Part shown: piece by piece, positions 11,451-24,604 of the stretch | Position numbering within the stretch: position 1 is the stretch's first letter | Layout of the letters: every line of letters begins with the position of its first letter | The notes under the pieces: model-generated | The model's database searches: none | What the model saw: the letters and a program-made list of their open reading frames with translations, nothing else | Told to the model about the DNA's origin: nothing | Program-made: the position numbers and the translations under genes | Source of the DNA: Octopus vulgaris | Lineage: Eukaryota | Direction: 5' to 3' | DNA length: 64,000 bases | NCBI GenBank assembly: GCA_951406725.2 | Contig: OX597816.1 | Span: 128,960,001 to 129,024,000, forward strand

Positions 11451-14384
11451 AAAATTATTCTGTTTGTCATGATATGTGTTTGAGTGTTACTCTTTCAACA
11501 ACCATAACTATGGAATAAAACTAATGAGATAATTGAAGTCTTTAAACTTCAAGGAACAAGTTTCAGTGTTAAACAACCTGAAGTGTAGAAAGAAATGGCA
11601 GACATAATTAAAGTCATTAGTATAATGAAACAATATTATGAAGATGTTAAATTTATACAACTAAATAGAAATAAGAACATTTATGAAACAGGGGACGTTT
11701 ATCTATTAATTTTTCAATATTTACTCATAAGCCCAATAGAATGGCATATCTAGACAAAAAGCCAAAAAAAAACAGAAAGTTGGGGTGATGAAGTCTTTTT
11801 ATTAAGTAGAAATCACATAGGTTTGACTAAATATATTACATTACTGATTAAACTAGAATGGGAAAATTCATTTTTGATCCAGCAAAAATCTGAACTAAGG
11901 ACTGTAACACATACCAAAAAGCATAATAAAGCCTCGATTTTAATATTTAACAATTACATCATGTTCACTATAATAATCTTGCTTAATATTTACTTTTGGG
12001 GAGATCCATTGATTATTTTCCAAGTTTCCTATGTTAGCTTAGTTTTCTATCTTTATTCACTCATTGAACTAAATTTTTTTTTTTCCTCACTGAATATATT
12101 TAAAGTTTCAGCAATATTCAAATTGTACCAATACTACATATTATTCATGCACAAATGTCGTTTTTAATGCATGCAGTTATAGTAATACTATTCATTGTAG
12201 TTGCAGTAATATTATTTACCATAGTGGCAGTGAAACCATCTAGCATAAAGTTACTATAAAGCTGTTTCATTACTACAATGCACAGCTTATTGTAAGTTGC
12301 ACTGATACTGCTATACTACATTTGTGACAATAACTATACGTTGCAGCAATGTCACTCATTCTATATGCAATAATAATAATAATAATAATAGCAACAACAG
12401 CAACAATAATAATAACCCTACTATAATTTTCATTCAATCCAGCTGCACCAATACTCCATGCTGCTACTGTATTGTCTTCCATTTACTGGCATGGAAATAT
12501 TATCATTTTCTATAGTTGTAGTAATAGCATCCATTGCAGTTGCAGTGATATTCTTTTACTGCAGTTAGTTGCAGTAATGCTTCTATCATAATTCATTACA
12601 GCAATAAATACTCCACTACACACTCTTTCCCTTTCTGATACAATCAGGGCGGATGTGAGGACTTGCAAAGAATTCAAAAATCAATAGTACTAGATGAAGC
12701 TCCATTTGGTAGACGTGACTGAATTTTCTATTGCATTCAATGAAATTGCATATTAACACTCTCAGTTTGGAATTTGGGTTGGCTCAATGAGACTCATGTG
12801 GTCAGTATAAAGAAATCTATTATCTAACTGTCCTGTGTAGTGAGGCAGTGAACTTTCAGACTTAACTCTGAAAATTGTTCTCTACTTCAGGATATAATAA
12901 CCAAAAATCTTCATCTTTTGCTCTTTGACTCTTAGTTTTCTAAGTATTCTTTCTTGTTTTCTGTTTCTATCTACTTAGCTACCATTTTCCTTTCTTCTAT
13001 TCTTTCTCTCTGTTTCTCTCAACACATATATACACATATATATAAATAAACATACATATATACACACACACACACATATATATAATATATATATATATAC
13101 ATATATGTATACATATATATATATGTATGTACGTATATATGTATGTATACATATGTTCACACATATATACATACACATATATTCATATATATACACTATA
13201 TATATCTGTGTATGTTTATATATATTTATATATATATATATATATATATATGTATACGTATGTATATATATATGTGTATGCATATATATGTATATATGTT
13301 TATATATTTATGCAAACTTGATTGTTTGCTTGCTTGCCTGCTGGTTGATGAGAATGTTTAGCTTTATAATAAAGCTTTCTGATACTAATAACCACTATTA
13401 GTGTTGTTTCCTCTTATTGCAGTGAGTTAACAATGCTACAGAAATACAGACATAGAAACATGGTATACAGATATAGTACTTAGATATACCATGAAGTATA
13501 AGTAATACTTATCAGAAAGAGGAGTAGTAAAAGTGACCTTCAGTAAGATACAGGCAAAAAGGAAGCAACTGAAAGGAACAATTGCCTCTGATGAGATTTT
13601 TTCCCTTTAAATTATTAAGATATGAGGTAAAATACTGTTAAGTTGTTTGTCTCATGGGCTACCAATTCTTGTGATTTCATTTTACATACTATGTGCCACA
13701 CTGGAACGAAATTATCCAATGTGTACCGTTTTTTTTAATAGTCTCTATGTGCATGATTTTAAGGTGGATTTAGCTGTTGTTCCTAGGAGGTAGAGTGAGT
13801 TAGCAGAGGTATTTCTTATTGTCTCTATCACTCTTTGATATATATACTCGTCATTATTGTTGTTGTCATCATCGTCATCATCATCATCATCATTTTAATG
13901 TCCAACTTTTCCTTACTCGCATGGGCCAGATGGAATTTATTAAAGGAGATTTTCTACAACCAGGTGTCCTTTCTGTCACCAACCTTCACCTATTTCCAAG
14001 CATAGATACACACACACACACATATGTGTATGTATACGATGAGCTTCTTTCAGTTTCTATCTACCAAATTCACTAATAAGTCTTTGGTTGGCCTGAGGCA
14101 AGAGTAGAAGACACTCGCCCAAGATGCCACGCAGTGGAAATGAACTTGGAATTATGTGGTTGGGAAGTAAGCTTCTTACCACACAGTCATGCCTACTCAA
14201 GCTGTGTCCTCTTGAAGAGCATCTACTTATTCTTGTATTACAATCCAGTATGTAGATGCTATATTTACGTGAGGTAGATATTAAAGTTGAAAATCCTGGA
14301 AATTTTCTTTGCAGAGTTATTATATTTATTGAGGGAGATATTCTACAACCAGATAGAATATATTCCTTCCTATTCTAATATATA

Positions 14385-14700
14385 GAGGCATAGGAATGAC
14401 TGTGTGGTAAGTAGCTTGCTTACCAGCCACATGGTTCCGGGTTCAGTCCCACTGTGTGGCACCTTGGGCAAGTGTCTTCTGCTATAACCTCGGGCCAACA
14501 AAAGCCTTGTGAGTGGATTTGGTAGATGGAAACTGAAAGAAGCCCGTCGTATATATATATATATATATATATATAACGGGAAGCTTTATGAAAATAGACA
14601 AAAGACGAAGGCAGGTGGGAAACAAACAAACAATTGTATTAGTATGGCGCTCAGGAAATATAAATAAAACAAGTCTTTAACGTTTCGAGCCTACGCTCTT

Positions 14701-14742
<42 letters not shown>

Positions 14743-14955
14743 ATGTTTGTGTGTCTGTGTTTGTCCCCCCCCCCCAACATCGCTTGACAACCGATGCTGG
14801 TGTGTTTACGTCCCTGTCATGTAGCGGTTCGGCAAAAGACCCAATAGAATAAGTACTAGGCTTACAAAGAATAAGTCCTGGGTTCGATTTCCTCAACTAA
14901 AAGTGGTGCTCCACCATGGCTGCAGTCAAATGACTGAAACAAGTAAAAGAGTAAA
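14385..14955 (+). mobile_element. Full-length tRNA-derived SINE with internal (TA)n, interrupted by a Penelope-like fragment
   Basis: Head TGTGTGGTAAG..GGTTCAGTCCC (A/B-box-like), then (TA)n, then a 3' part ending CATGGCTGCAGTCAAATGACTGAAACAAGTAAAAGAGT. Same layout as the uninterrupted copy at 61655-62047. Confidence 0.85.
14575..14705 (-). mobile_element. Short Penelope-like 3' fragment with truncated minimal hammerhead-like motif
   Basis: The minus strand reads TGTTGA-A-GAGC-GTAG-GCTC-GAAA-CGTTA-AAGAC. Flanked by (TA)n on both sides. Confidence 0.55.
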
Positions 14956-15314
14956 AGAGAGAGAGGGTAGCAAAAATTCACATAAATGCCAAGGATATTA
15001 CAGCCAACTTATAAAGGTAGAAATTCCAGGGTTAAGAGAAATGTTTTTGTATAACATGGATAAATTAGAAAATGGAGTCAAACGCAGGTGTTATTCAAAT
15101 CATTTATACTTCCAAAGTATATTTCAAAAAAATCGTTTAGATTATTCTGGAGGGAATAAAAATGATGTAAAACAATGCAACTATCTCGTCAGGGAAAAAA
15201 CACACAAACACTATTTGTCAAGCAGTAGTGGGGGGACAAACATAGACACAAAATTCCTATAAATATTTTCTACCAATCTATAAAATTCGACCTTTAACTA
15301 TCTTCTTACATTTC

Positions 15315-16620
15315 GGAGCAATAAACACTGAAAATGTGCAGAGAACAACTCCCGCCACATTCCAGGGAGAAAAGCTAGAAGTAGTTGATAGCTTTCATTA
15401 CCTAGGTGACCAAGTTGGTAGTGGGGGAGGGTGTGCTGAAAGTGTAGCTGCTAGAATAAGAACAGCCTGGGCAAAGTTCAGAGAGCTCTTACCTCAGCTG
15501 GTGACAAAGGGCCTCTCGCTCAGAGTAAAAGGTAGACTGTATGACACATCATCATCATCATTGTTCGACCGTGGTCGAGACAATGGAATTTACCATGCTA
15601 CGCCAGACTTCACGGTCCATCATGGCATTACGGAGGTCCTGTATGAACAGCCATGCTACATGGCAGTGAAACATGGGCCATGACTGCTGAGGACATGTGC
15701 AAGCTAGCAAGGAATGATGCCAGTATGCTCCGCTGGATGTGTAATGTCAGTGTGCATACTCAACAAAGTGTAAGTACCTTGAGAGAAAAGTTGGAGCTAA
15801 GAAGCATCAGATGTGGTGTGCAAGAGAGATGACTGCACTGGTATGGTCAAGTGGTGAGAATGGATGAGGATAGCTATGTGAAAAAGTGCCACACCCAAGC
15901 AATTGAGGGAACCTGTGGAAGAGGTAGACCCAGGAAGACCTGGGATGAGGTGGTGAAGCATGACCTTCGAACATTAGGCCTCACTGAGGCAATGACTAGT
16001 GACTGAGACCTTTGGAAATATGCAGTGTGTGAGAAGACTCAACAAGCCAAGTGAGACCATAACTCATGGCCTCAAAACTGACTGGAAACCCTGTACAGTA
16101 CTCTGCTTGTGAAGACCTGTTGAGGCAAGTGAAATCAAAATCAAATCAACTTCGATGACTGGCACCCGTGCCAATGGAGTGCTAAGAGTACCATCTGAGC
16201 ACGATTGTTGCCAGAGCAGTTGACTGGCTTCTGTGCCGGTGACATGTAAAAAGCACCATTTAAGCATGATTGTTACCAGCGTTGCTTTACTGGCACTTCT
16301 GATGCTGACATGTGAAAAACATTCGAGCGAGGTCATTGCCAGTGCTGCTGGACTGGCTCCTGTGCAGGTGGCATGTAAAAAACACCATTTGAGTGTGGCT
16401 GTTGCCAGTACCGCCTAACTGGCCCTCGTGCCGGTGGCACGTAAAAGCACCCACTACACTCTCAGAGTGGTTGGCATTAGGAAGAACATCCAGCTGTAGA
16501 AACGCTACCAGATCAGATTGGAGCCTGGTGCAGCTATCTGCTTCGCCAGCCCTCAGTCAAATCGTCCAACTCATGCTAGCATGGAAAGTGGACGTTAAAC
16601 GATAATGATGATGATGATGA
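15315..16620 (+). mobile_element. RTE-clade LINE 3' portion (RT C-terminus, 3' UTR, (GAT)n tail)
   Basis: EVVDSFHYLG..RIRTAWAKFREL..KGRLYD..MLHGSETW..MLRWMC..LHWYGQVVRM..GRGRPRKTW, with tail GGACGTTAAACGATAATGATGATGATG. Confidence 0.93.
15547..15639 (-). mobile_element. Tiny 5'-truncated RTE/RTE-X 3' end nested in the RTE copy
   Basis: The minus strand translates to DLRNAMMDREVWRSMVNSIVSTTVEQ* followed by (TGA)n. The host LINE reading frame resumes immediately afterwards. Confidence 0.75.
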
Positions 16621-16992
16621 TATCTATTTCCACACTTTTAAGCTTTATTCCCATTCATCTATCACACTATATTTTTCCACTCTTAATTTTCTGTTAATTT
16701 CTTTTTTACTCCTCCTCCTCTTTCTCTAAATTACCTTTGACATTAAATCTATTACTGGTTTCTTAAAAAATAACTTGCTAACATTCGTTTTACATCATAT
16801 ACTTATGTATGCAGTAATCACATTCAGTTAAAATGGCTTATTGATGTATTTTGTTCCTTTTTTTCCCTGATGAAATGATTGCATTGTTGTACATCATCTT
16901 TATTCCCTCCAGAATAATCTCAATGCATTTTTTTCGAAACATATGTTGGAAGTATAAATGATTTGATTATCACCTGTGTTTGACTCCATTTC

Positions 16993-17027
<35 letters not shown>

Positions 17028-17031
<4 letters not shown>

Positions 17032-17266
17032 GAATAAGATGACAAAGGAATAAAGGATTATTTTATAAACTTCACTAGCTTACAATTAGCCTCATATTTG
17101 AGTGCTTGAGTAACACCTCATAGCTTCATATCCAAGGCTCCAATGAAGCTATATGGTGGTACTCAAGCACCTAACTATGAGTCCACTACATTTTATTAGC
17201 AGGAACAGCTGTACGCTAATGAAGTTCATATGATAATTGTTTATTCCTTTATCATTTTATTTTCTT
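17028..17266. repeat. Imperfect inverted repeat with hammerhead remnant; probable Penelope-like foldback
   Basis: Arms are about 17028-17129 and 17143-17266. The right arm reads ATGA-AGCTA...TAGC-A-GGAAC-AGCT-GTA. Lies between (TA)n tracts. Confidence 0.7.
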
Positions 17267-17382
17267 ATTACCACCCTGTACTTGACAAATGCTTCCTTCT
17301 GATGCATCTGTAGATGAAGTTCTACACTAGGTTATTAGTCTTGCAATGCCTAAGTGAAATATATATATATATATATATATTT

Positions 17383-17715
17383 ATTTTAGTCATTTGATTG
17401 CAGCCATGCTGGAGCACTGCCTCTAGTTGAATAAATCAACTCCAGTACTTATTTTTGTAAACCTTGTACTTATTCTATTGGTCTCTTTTGCCGAACCACT
17501 AAGTTACAGGGATTTAAACACATCAACATCAGTTGTCAAGCGATGATGGAGGGGCAAACACAGACACACAAACATATATATATATTGGCCTGCTCGCTTA
17601 GCCAGCGAGGTGGCGTCATTTGAAGGCTAAAACAATGCAAAGCGCATTGTGACCAGCGATGTGTAGCAACATCTGATAGCCTGGTCAGTCACGGTGATCA
17701 CGGTGATATATATAT

Positions 17716-17766
<51 letters not shown>

Positions 17767-18440
17767 ATGGACTTCCTTCAGTTTCTGTCAACCAAATCCA
17801 CTCACCATGGCTATAGTAGAAGACACTTGCCAAAGGTGCCACACAGTGGGACTGAACCCGGAACCATGTGGTTGGTAAGTAAGCTACTTACTGCACAGCT
17901 ACTCACAACAGGCTTCTTTCAGTTTCCATCTGCCAAATCCACTCACAAAGCTTCGGTTGGCCCAAGGCTATAGTAGAAGACACTTGTCCAAGGTGCCATG
18001 CAATGGGACTGAACCTAGAACCATGTGGTTGGGAAGCAAGGTTCTCATTACACAGCCATGTCTGCACCTATATCATCATCAGCAGCAGCATCACTTAACA
18101 TCCATTTTCCATGCTGGCATAGTTTGGATGGTTTGACTGAAAACTGGTAAGCTGGGGAGCTGCACCAGCTTCCAATCTGATTTGGCATGGTCTCTACAGC
18201 TGGATGCCCTTCCTAACACCAATGACTCCAAAAGTGTTGGTTTCAAATCTTGGTGCAAGGCCAGAAAGTTTGGGAGAGGGGTAAGTCTATTACATCGACC
18301 CCCGTGTCAAACTACTTATTGTATCCACCTTGAAAGGATAAAAGGCAAAGTTGACCATTGCAGAATTTGAACTCAGAACATACAGAAAGACAAAATGCCA
18401 CTAAACATTTTGTTTGGTGTGCTAATGATACTGCCAGCTC
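17383..18440 (-). mobile_element. Cluster of SINEs and an RTE-type tail
   Basis: SINE 3' part at 17383-17575, two SINE heads at 17765-17900 and 17908-18070, an RTE-like tail at 18072-18235, and a second SINE family at 18235-18440. Confidence 0.75.
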
Positions 18441-19084
18441 AAAACCCTAATATAGATATATCTATGTATTTTAGTGGATAAGTAAATAATGTATATCATT
18501 ATACTATTAGTCATCATCATTATCATCATCATCTTAAAGTCCACTTTTCCATGCTTGCATGTGTTGGATGGGATTTCTTGAGGCAAACCTTTTATGCCCA
18601 GCACCCTTTCTATCACCAGTCTACATCTAAGCAAGATGATATTTCTCCATGGCCAGACATATTTCTGATTCTTTCTGTTTGGAAATGATGAACACCACTT
18701 GTATGGTGGTGATACTTGTTTACAACAAGCATGCAATGTCAAGACAAGGGGACACGAACAAATACATATCATGCACATACATATATATACATGTGTATAT
18801 AAATATATACATACATGTATATATGAATATATACGTTTCTATATATATATACATGTATGTATATATGTGCATGTATGTGTGTATATATAATATGTATAAT
18901 TATATATACATGTATACACATCCACACACACACACACACACAAATATATGATGATGAGCTTCTTTCAGTGTTCATTTATAAATTTCACTCACTAGGCTTT
19001 GGTTGGCCCATTTCTATAGAAGAAAACAGTTACCCAAGGTGTGAGACTGAACCTAAAACCATGTGGTTAGGAAGCAAACTTATT

Positions 19085-19383
19085 AACTTCTGAAAACTTA
19101 TTAACCGGCTGAAAATTAGTGAGAAGATCAGGCAAAGATGACTGTGGCTATCAGGTCATTGTGTGTGCTACCCTGAACTGGAGGCATCCTGATTAGTCTA
19201 GTGGAACCCACTTCATGGTGATGTAAGAGGAGGAAAACCCTCATCACCATTACATCAACAACTTGATTGCAGACACTGGAATGCATCCAGGACCTCGAAG
19301 CAGTAATGATGGACTGAGAAGTGTGGCTGGTGGACTTTGTTGTTGTGGCCTGGGTTGGAACCCAGCCATAGGAATAGGAATAG
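19085..19383 (+). mobile_element. RTE/RTE-X LINE extreme 3' fragment
   Basis: KISEKIRQR*LWLSGHCV..PELEAS*LV*WNPLHG..RGGKP..DLEAVMMD*EVW, ending in short ATAGGA repeats. Confidence 0.7.
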
Positions 19384-20321
19384 TTTTTACAAAGGATTTA
19401 AACACATTTTCCTTTCTTTTTGGCTGAAAGAATCACAAATTGAAATTTTTCTTGTATATGAATTGATAGATATTTTGCAGTTAAATGCTGTTTTCTAATG
19501 CAAACGTTTCAGTTGGGGAAAATTGTGTAGACATCAACATTAACACCTAGAGTCCAAATTCAAAATTTCACAAACAAAAGAATCTTGAAAGACTCGCTGC
19601 AGAGAAATGTCAGAATGTTAACAGAAAAATACATCAGGGATAGGCAGAACTAATAAATCAAGGCCTCTATATTGTAAGAATCAGTAGAAAAGACAAAGAA
19701 TTATGGACACAATATTAAAATCTACTGCAAAATCTACTTGCGACATCTAACAGTAAAATATGTTTTATGATAACTAAAATCATTAAAACTCATGACTTAA
19801 CACTTCTGTAGCAGGTTTAACTATAATAACTCTGCTGAAAATGGGATCATTGATTCTCTGAAATAAGCAGTTCTTGCTTGCTTAGCAAATGATTTGACAG
19901 TGGCTTTTTAGATTTATAGATGAAGGCTTTGACCTCTATCTATAAATCTCAAATGCCTTGTCATTCAATGAAATGCTATTTCCAATAAATTTCCTCAAAT
20001 ATAATGTTGCCCAACAAGCTAAAAAGTGTCATATCAATATTTTATAAACATTTTGCTTCAAAGTTTATTTTCTACACAATTAATTTATTGTGGGTTTCTA
20101 CTGAAAGTTTGTTAACAAAGCTGACATCTTTTAGAACCATCTATGTATATATTAATGGTATCCTTGAAATTGTTTAGTTAAAATATTTGCATATCATATA
20201 TGTGCATACATGCATATATGTATGTCATTGTTCAGTTTTATTTCAAGATTTTTTGCCAATAGAGAAAGAGCCAGTTTCTAACCGAGCTCCAAGTGTATTT
20301 TTGTTTGTATGTATGTATATA

Positions 20322-21772
20322 TCATCATCATCATCATCATCATTTAGCGTCCGTTTTCCATGCTAGCATGGGTTGGACGGCTCAACTGGGGTCTGAGGAG
20401 CCCGAAGGCTGCACCAGGCCAGTCAGATCTGGCAGTGTTTCTACAGCTGGATGCCCTTCCTAACGCCAACCACTCCGAGAGTATAGTGGGTGATTTTATG
20501 TGCCACCGACACAGGTGCCAGACGAGGCTGGCGAACGGCCACGCTCGGATGGTGTTTTTATGTGCCACCGACACAGGTGCCAGACGAGGCTGGCAGACGG
20601 CCACGCTCGGATGGTGTTTTTATGTGCCACCGACACAGGTGCCAGATGAGGCTGGCGGACGGCCACGATCGGATGGTGTTTGTTACATCCCCAAAGCACG
20701 GAGGCCAGTCTATGCAGTACTGGCTACGGCCACGTTCGGATGATTTTCTTGTGTGCCACCGGCACTGGTACCACAAAGATACAAATTCCATTGATGTTCA
20801 TCTATTTTGATTTGTTTTGATTTGATTTGATTTTCACTTGCCTCAACAGGTCTTCACAAGTGTCACAAGAAGGAAGGTATGCACAGGTGGACTGACTACG
20901 TCCCAGGTAGGGGCCACGGGTTATGGCCTGACTAGTCTTGCCGGGTCTTCGGATGGTGTTTTTATGTGCCACCGACACAGGTGCCAGATGAGGCTGGCGA
21001 ACGGCCACGATCGGATGGTGTTTGTTGCGTGCCCACAGCACGGAGGCCAGTCGATGCGGTACTGGCTACGGCCACATTCGGATGGTTTTCTTGTGTGCCA
21101 CTGGCACTGGTACCACAAAGATACAAATTCCATTGATGTTCATCTATTTTGATTTGATTTGATTTGATTTTCACTTGCCTCAACAGGTCTTCACAGGTCT
21201 TCACAAGTGTCACAAGAAGGAAGGAAGGTATGCACAGGTGGACTGACTACGTCCCAAGTAGGGGCCCACGGGTTATGGCCTGACTAGTCTTGCCGGGTCT
21301 TCGGTTGGTGTTTTTATGTGCCACCGACACAGGTGCCAGATGAGGCTGGCGGACGGCCACGATCGGATGGTGTTTGTTATGTGCCCACATCACAGAGGCC
21401 AGTCGATGCGGTACTGGCTACGGCCACGTTCGGATGGTTTTCTTGTGTGCCACCGGTACTGGTACCACAAAGATACAAATTCCATTGATGTTCATCTATT
21501 TTGATTTGGTTTGATTTGATTTGATTTGATTTTGATTTTCACTTGCCTCAACAGGTCTACACAAGTGTCACACACTTGCCTCAACAGGTCTTCACAAGTG
21601 TCATAAGTAGGAAGGTATGCACAGGTGGACTGACTACGTCGCCGGGTCTTCGGATGGTGTTTTTATGTGCCACCGACACAGGTGCCAGATGAGGCTGGCG
21701 AACGGCCACGATCGGATGGTTTTCTTGTGTGCCACCGGTACTGGAACCACAAAGATACAAATTCCATTGATG
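20322..21772 (-). repeat. RTE 3' UTR expanded into a higher-order tandem array (62-bp units within about 345-bp units)
   Basis: TGCCACCGACACAGGTGCCAGA recurs at 20501, 20563, 20625, 20967, 21319 and 21668. The unit is homologous (reverse complement) to the RTE 3' UTR at 16030-16620. The (CAT)n tail is at 20322-20343. Confidence 0.9.
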
Positions 21773-23477
21773 TATACATGTATGTATGTGTGTGTATGTA
21801 TGTACGTATATATGATTGTATGTATGCATATATGTATGTATGCAAAAAGTGTGTGTATATGTGTGTTGTGTAAATAATACCACATGATGCAGCATTGAAT
21901 AAAGTATATTCACATAAAGTCATATTTAACATGTTTGAGTGCATTCAAATATGGGAAAACTTTTCACTAAAGTAACATTACCTGGAATATAATTCTCCTC
22001 CTAGATATGTTTTAAACATATACTGAGCTGAGAATGGCATCCATGGATTTTAGGATGGATGCATTTCTGCATCCTTTTGCATCATTAACTATGAAAACCA
22101 AATCTGTCATTCACAGTTAAGAGCAAATTATTCTTATTAAAACAGAATGCAATATATTTGCTGATGTGTGCAAAACTTGGTCAAGCTAGAATCAAATAAA
22201 TAATGTCACATGAAGCAGATAGCTGTATAGATAGTTATCAATGACAGTAAAAGATTTCGCTACACAACAAAAGATCATTTTTAAATATTTTTTTCTTGCA
22301 ATTTTAGGAATAGTGTAGTTGAAAGGACAGAAGGAACTGTTAAAAGACATGGAAGAGTGTTATTTTTTAAGGGAAGACACAGTTGTTTCATACTTACATC
22401 ATTCAAGTATCATGCCATTTGAGAAGGAAGGTTAGAAGACTTTGAATAGGAGCTAATTCTGGGATCTATTATTTGAGAGTAGAAGTAATATTGGCTTCAA
22501 ATTTTGGTATAAGGCCAGCAATTTCAGGGAAGGGATTAAATCAATTACATTGACTCCAGTGCACAACTGGTACTTATTTTATCAATCATAAAAGAGCAAA
22601 AGGCAAAGATGACTTTGGTGGAATTTGAACTCAGACCATAAAGATGGATGAAATGTCAGTAAACATTTTGCCCAACATGCTAACGTTTGTGTCAGGTCAC
22701 CACCTTAAGTGTAGAAGTAATATTAATGTCATCAGGTATCTGTAGACGTGGAAGACCTTAAGAAGTAAAGGATTTAACTGTTAGTGGCATAAGAAACTAT
22801 GCTGAGGTTAAAGTCAGAGGAAAATCGGTTGTAGAAACATTCCCTTGGCCTACTGAAATTAAGTTGAGAGCTAAAACGAAATTTTGTTTAAAGAACTAAG
22901 GCAGTTGATATTTTCGTAAAATAAAAGTGGGTATTTTTTATTTGCAAACAAATTATCTTTTATGGTCATGTTGATAAAAATTCAATTAATTGGTTCCAAC
23001 TAGTCACTGTTTCTAGGTGTTTTTTATAAGCTAAAATTTTTCACTTTCCCATCAGTATAACATTTTTGTCATAAACAATTTTGATATAATCAATTTTTGG
23101 CTCTTAGAAGAGCTCTTGTCATTATTCTTTTGTCTTAAGTCAGCCCTAATCAAGCAGACATGCCTATTGTAAAAACCTTCCAGCCATGACATTTTATTTT
23201 CCAAACACAATAAATCTACATGAGCAAGTGAATCCTTTCTCTTTTAGTATGGTAAAGTTTGATTTGAGGGATGTTTCATTGTTATTTTCACCAGATCAAT
23301 CAACCACAGAGAAACCTTTGTTAGTTTGTCTAGATCCCTCAAAAACCAATTATTATTTAATCATTTTTTTCCTCTTAGAAAAGAGTCAAGTAAAGGTAAT
23401 CAAACTTAATATATGCAATTATTGTATTTCAGTTTGTTTATATTTTAGACTGGGTAGAAAATTTGTTTATTCTGTGT

Positions 23478-23896
23478 TTAATCTGCTAAAAATTAACAAG
23501 CATTTTGATTTTTTGCAAATATGATCAACCAGAAAGTGAGAGATGTACATAGGAATTCAATAAGAGTATCTAATGCAATATCTACAATTCTTCTGAGCTT
23601 CCTCTCCTTATCTGAACACTTTAAAAGCCAATACAAAAGTCCAAACTCCTCTCATTCCTAACAACCTGCACAGCACAGTCTATTTTTGCCCTGTTCAAAC
23701 AGACTATCTGACAATTACATCATACTTGACAAACCCATTACCTCTAAAATTTCTGCAATCATGCTTTCTCTGATTCCATCGTTATTATCATTATTGCCAC
23801 AGTGCCAACGATATTGATCTCCTATGTACATCTCTCACTTTCTGGTTGTTGAAATTTGCCTAAAATCACCAAATTGTTCATTTTTAGCAGGTTAAC
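23478..23896. repeat. Diverged inverted repeat (about 90-bp arms)
   Basis: CAACCAGAAAGTGAGAGATGTACATAGGA at about 23526-23554 is mirrored at about 23820-23848. Confidence 0.75.
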
Positions 23897-24604
23897 TATG
23901 TCAGCAAATATGTTTTATATCCAACTATATATAAATGAAAAAAATTCAATAATTGTGAATATTTGGTATGATCATCTTAGAGCAGTAATTTTCAAAGTGT
24001 GTGTCATGAACAAACTTCATAACTATACAGCTATGCCTCCTCAAAGCTTCCATTCAGTTTCCATTGGCCAATTCCTCACTCATGATATTGGTTGGCCCAT
24101 ATCTATAGCAGAACGCATTGAAGGTGCCTCACCAAAGTAGGTCTGAACTTGAAACTATATGATTATGAAATGAGTTTCTTAATTACTTGGCCATGCCTGA
24201 TGGTAACTAATTTAATTCATTAAATATCTCCAATAAAAAAAACAGATTCTGATTACAATACCATTTCATATTTTTCAGCAAAACATTGAATCCATTTTTT
24301 GTTTAATTTTCCTTTCATTTATTTATCTATTTATTGTTTCAACGGTTATGCTCCAGTAAACAAAAATATAAAGTCAATATCAGAAAAATAACCTGTTTTC
24401 ATATAATTTATCGTTGCTTTATTCCACTCCATGAAAATATATACATTCCTACCACAGGTTCTTGTTATTTATCTCCTGTTCACAACACCAGTTACCCTTT
24501 GCCAGCTTAGCGATATATTTTCCTAGTACTGACAGTATACATTCAGATAGTCATTGATGCTTTTTCATGTTTATTTGAAAATTAACTCTGTCATATCCAT
24601 GTCT

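Larger units (their letters stand above)
14964..16997. mobile_element. Inverted pair of Penelope-like pLTRs (same family as 27663-30766), split by an RTE insertion
   Basis: 14964-15200 matches 27673-27915. Segments 15256-15314 and 16621-16997 match 30340-30766. Hammerhead-like CCCTGATGA..CGAAACATATGTTGGAAG lies at about 16863-16952. Confidence 0.85.

Noticed and set aside
12648-12722. Possible host exon after a pyrimidine tract and CAG (GGCEDLQRIQKSIVLDEAPF)
   Set aside because: No recognisable homology, a weak donor site and no neighbouring exons, so it cannot be supported without RNA data.
20495-20680. Regularly spaced GC-rich repeats resembling a CRISPR array
   Set aside because: The units are contiguous 62-bp tandem repeats without unique spacers, are homologous to an RTE 3' UTR, and there are no cas genes in this eukaryotic DNA.
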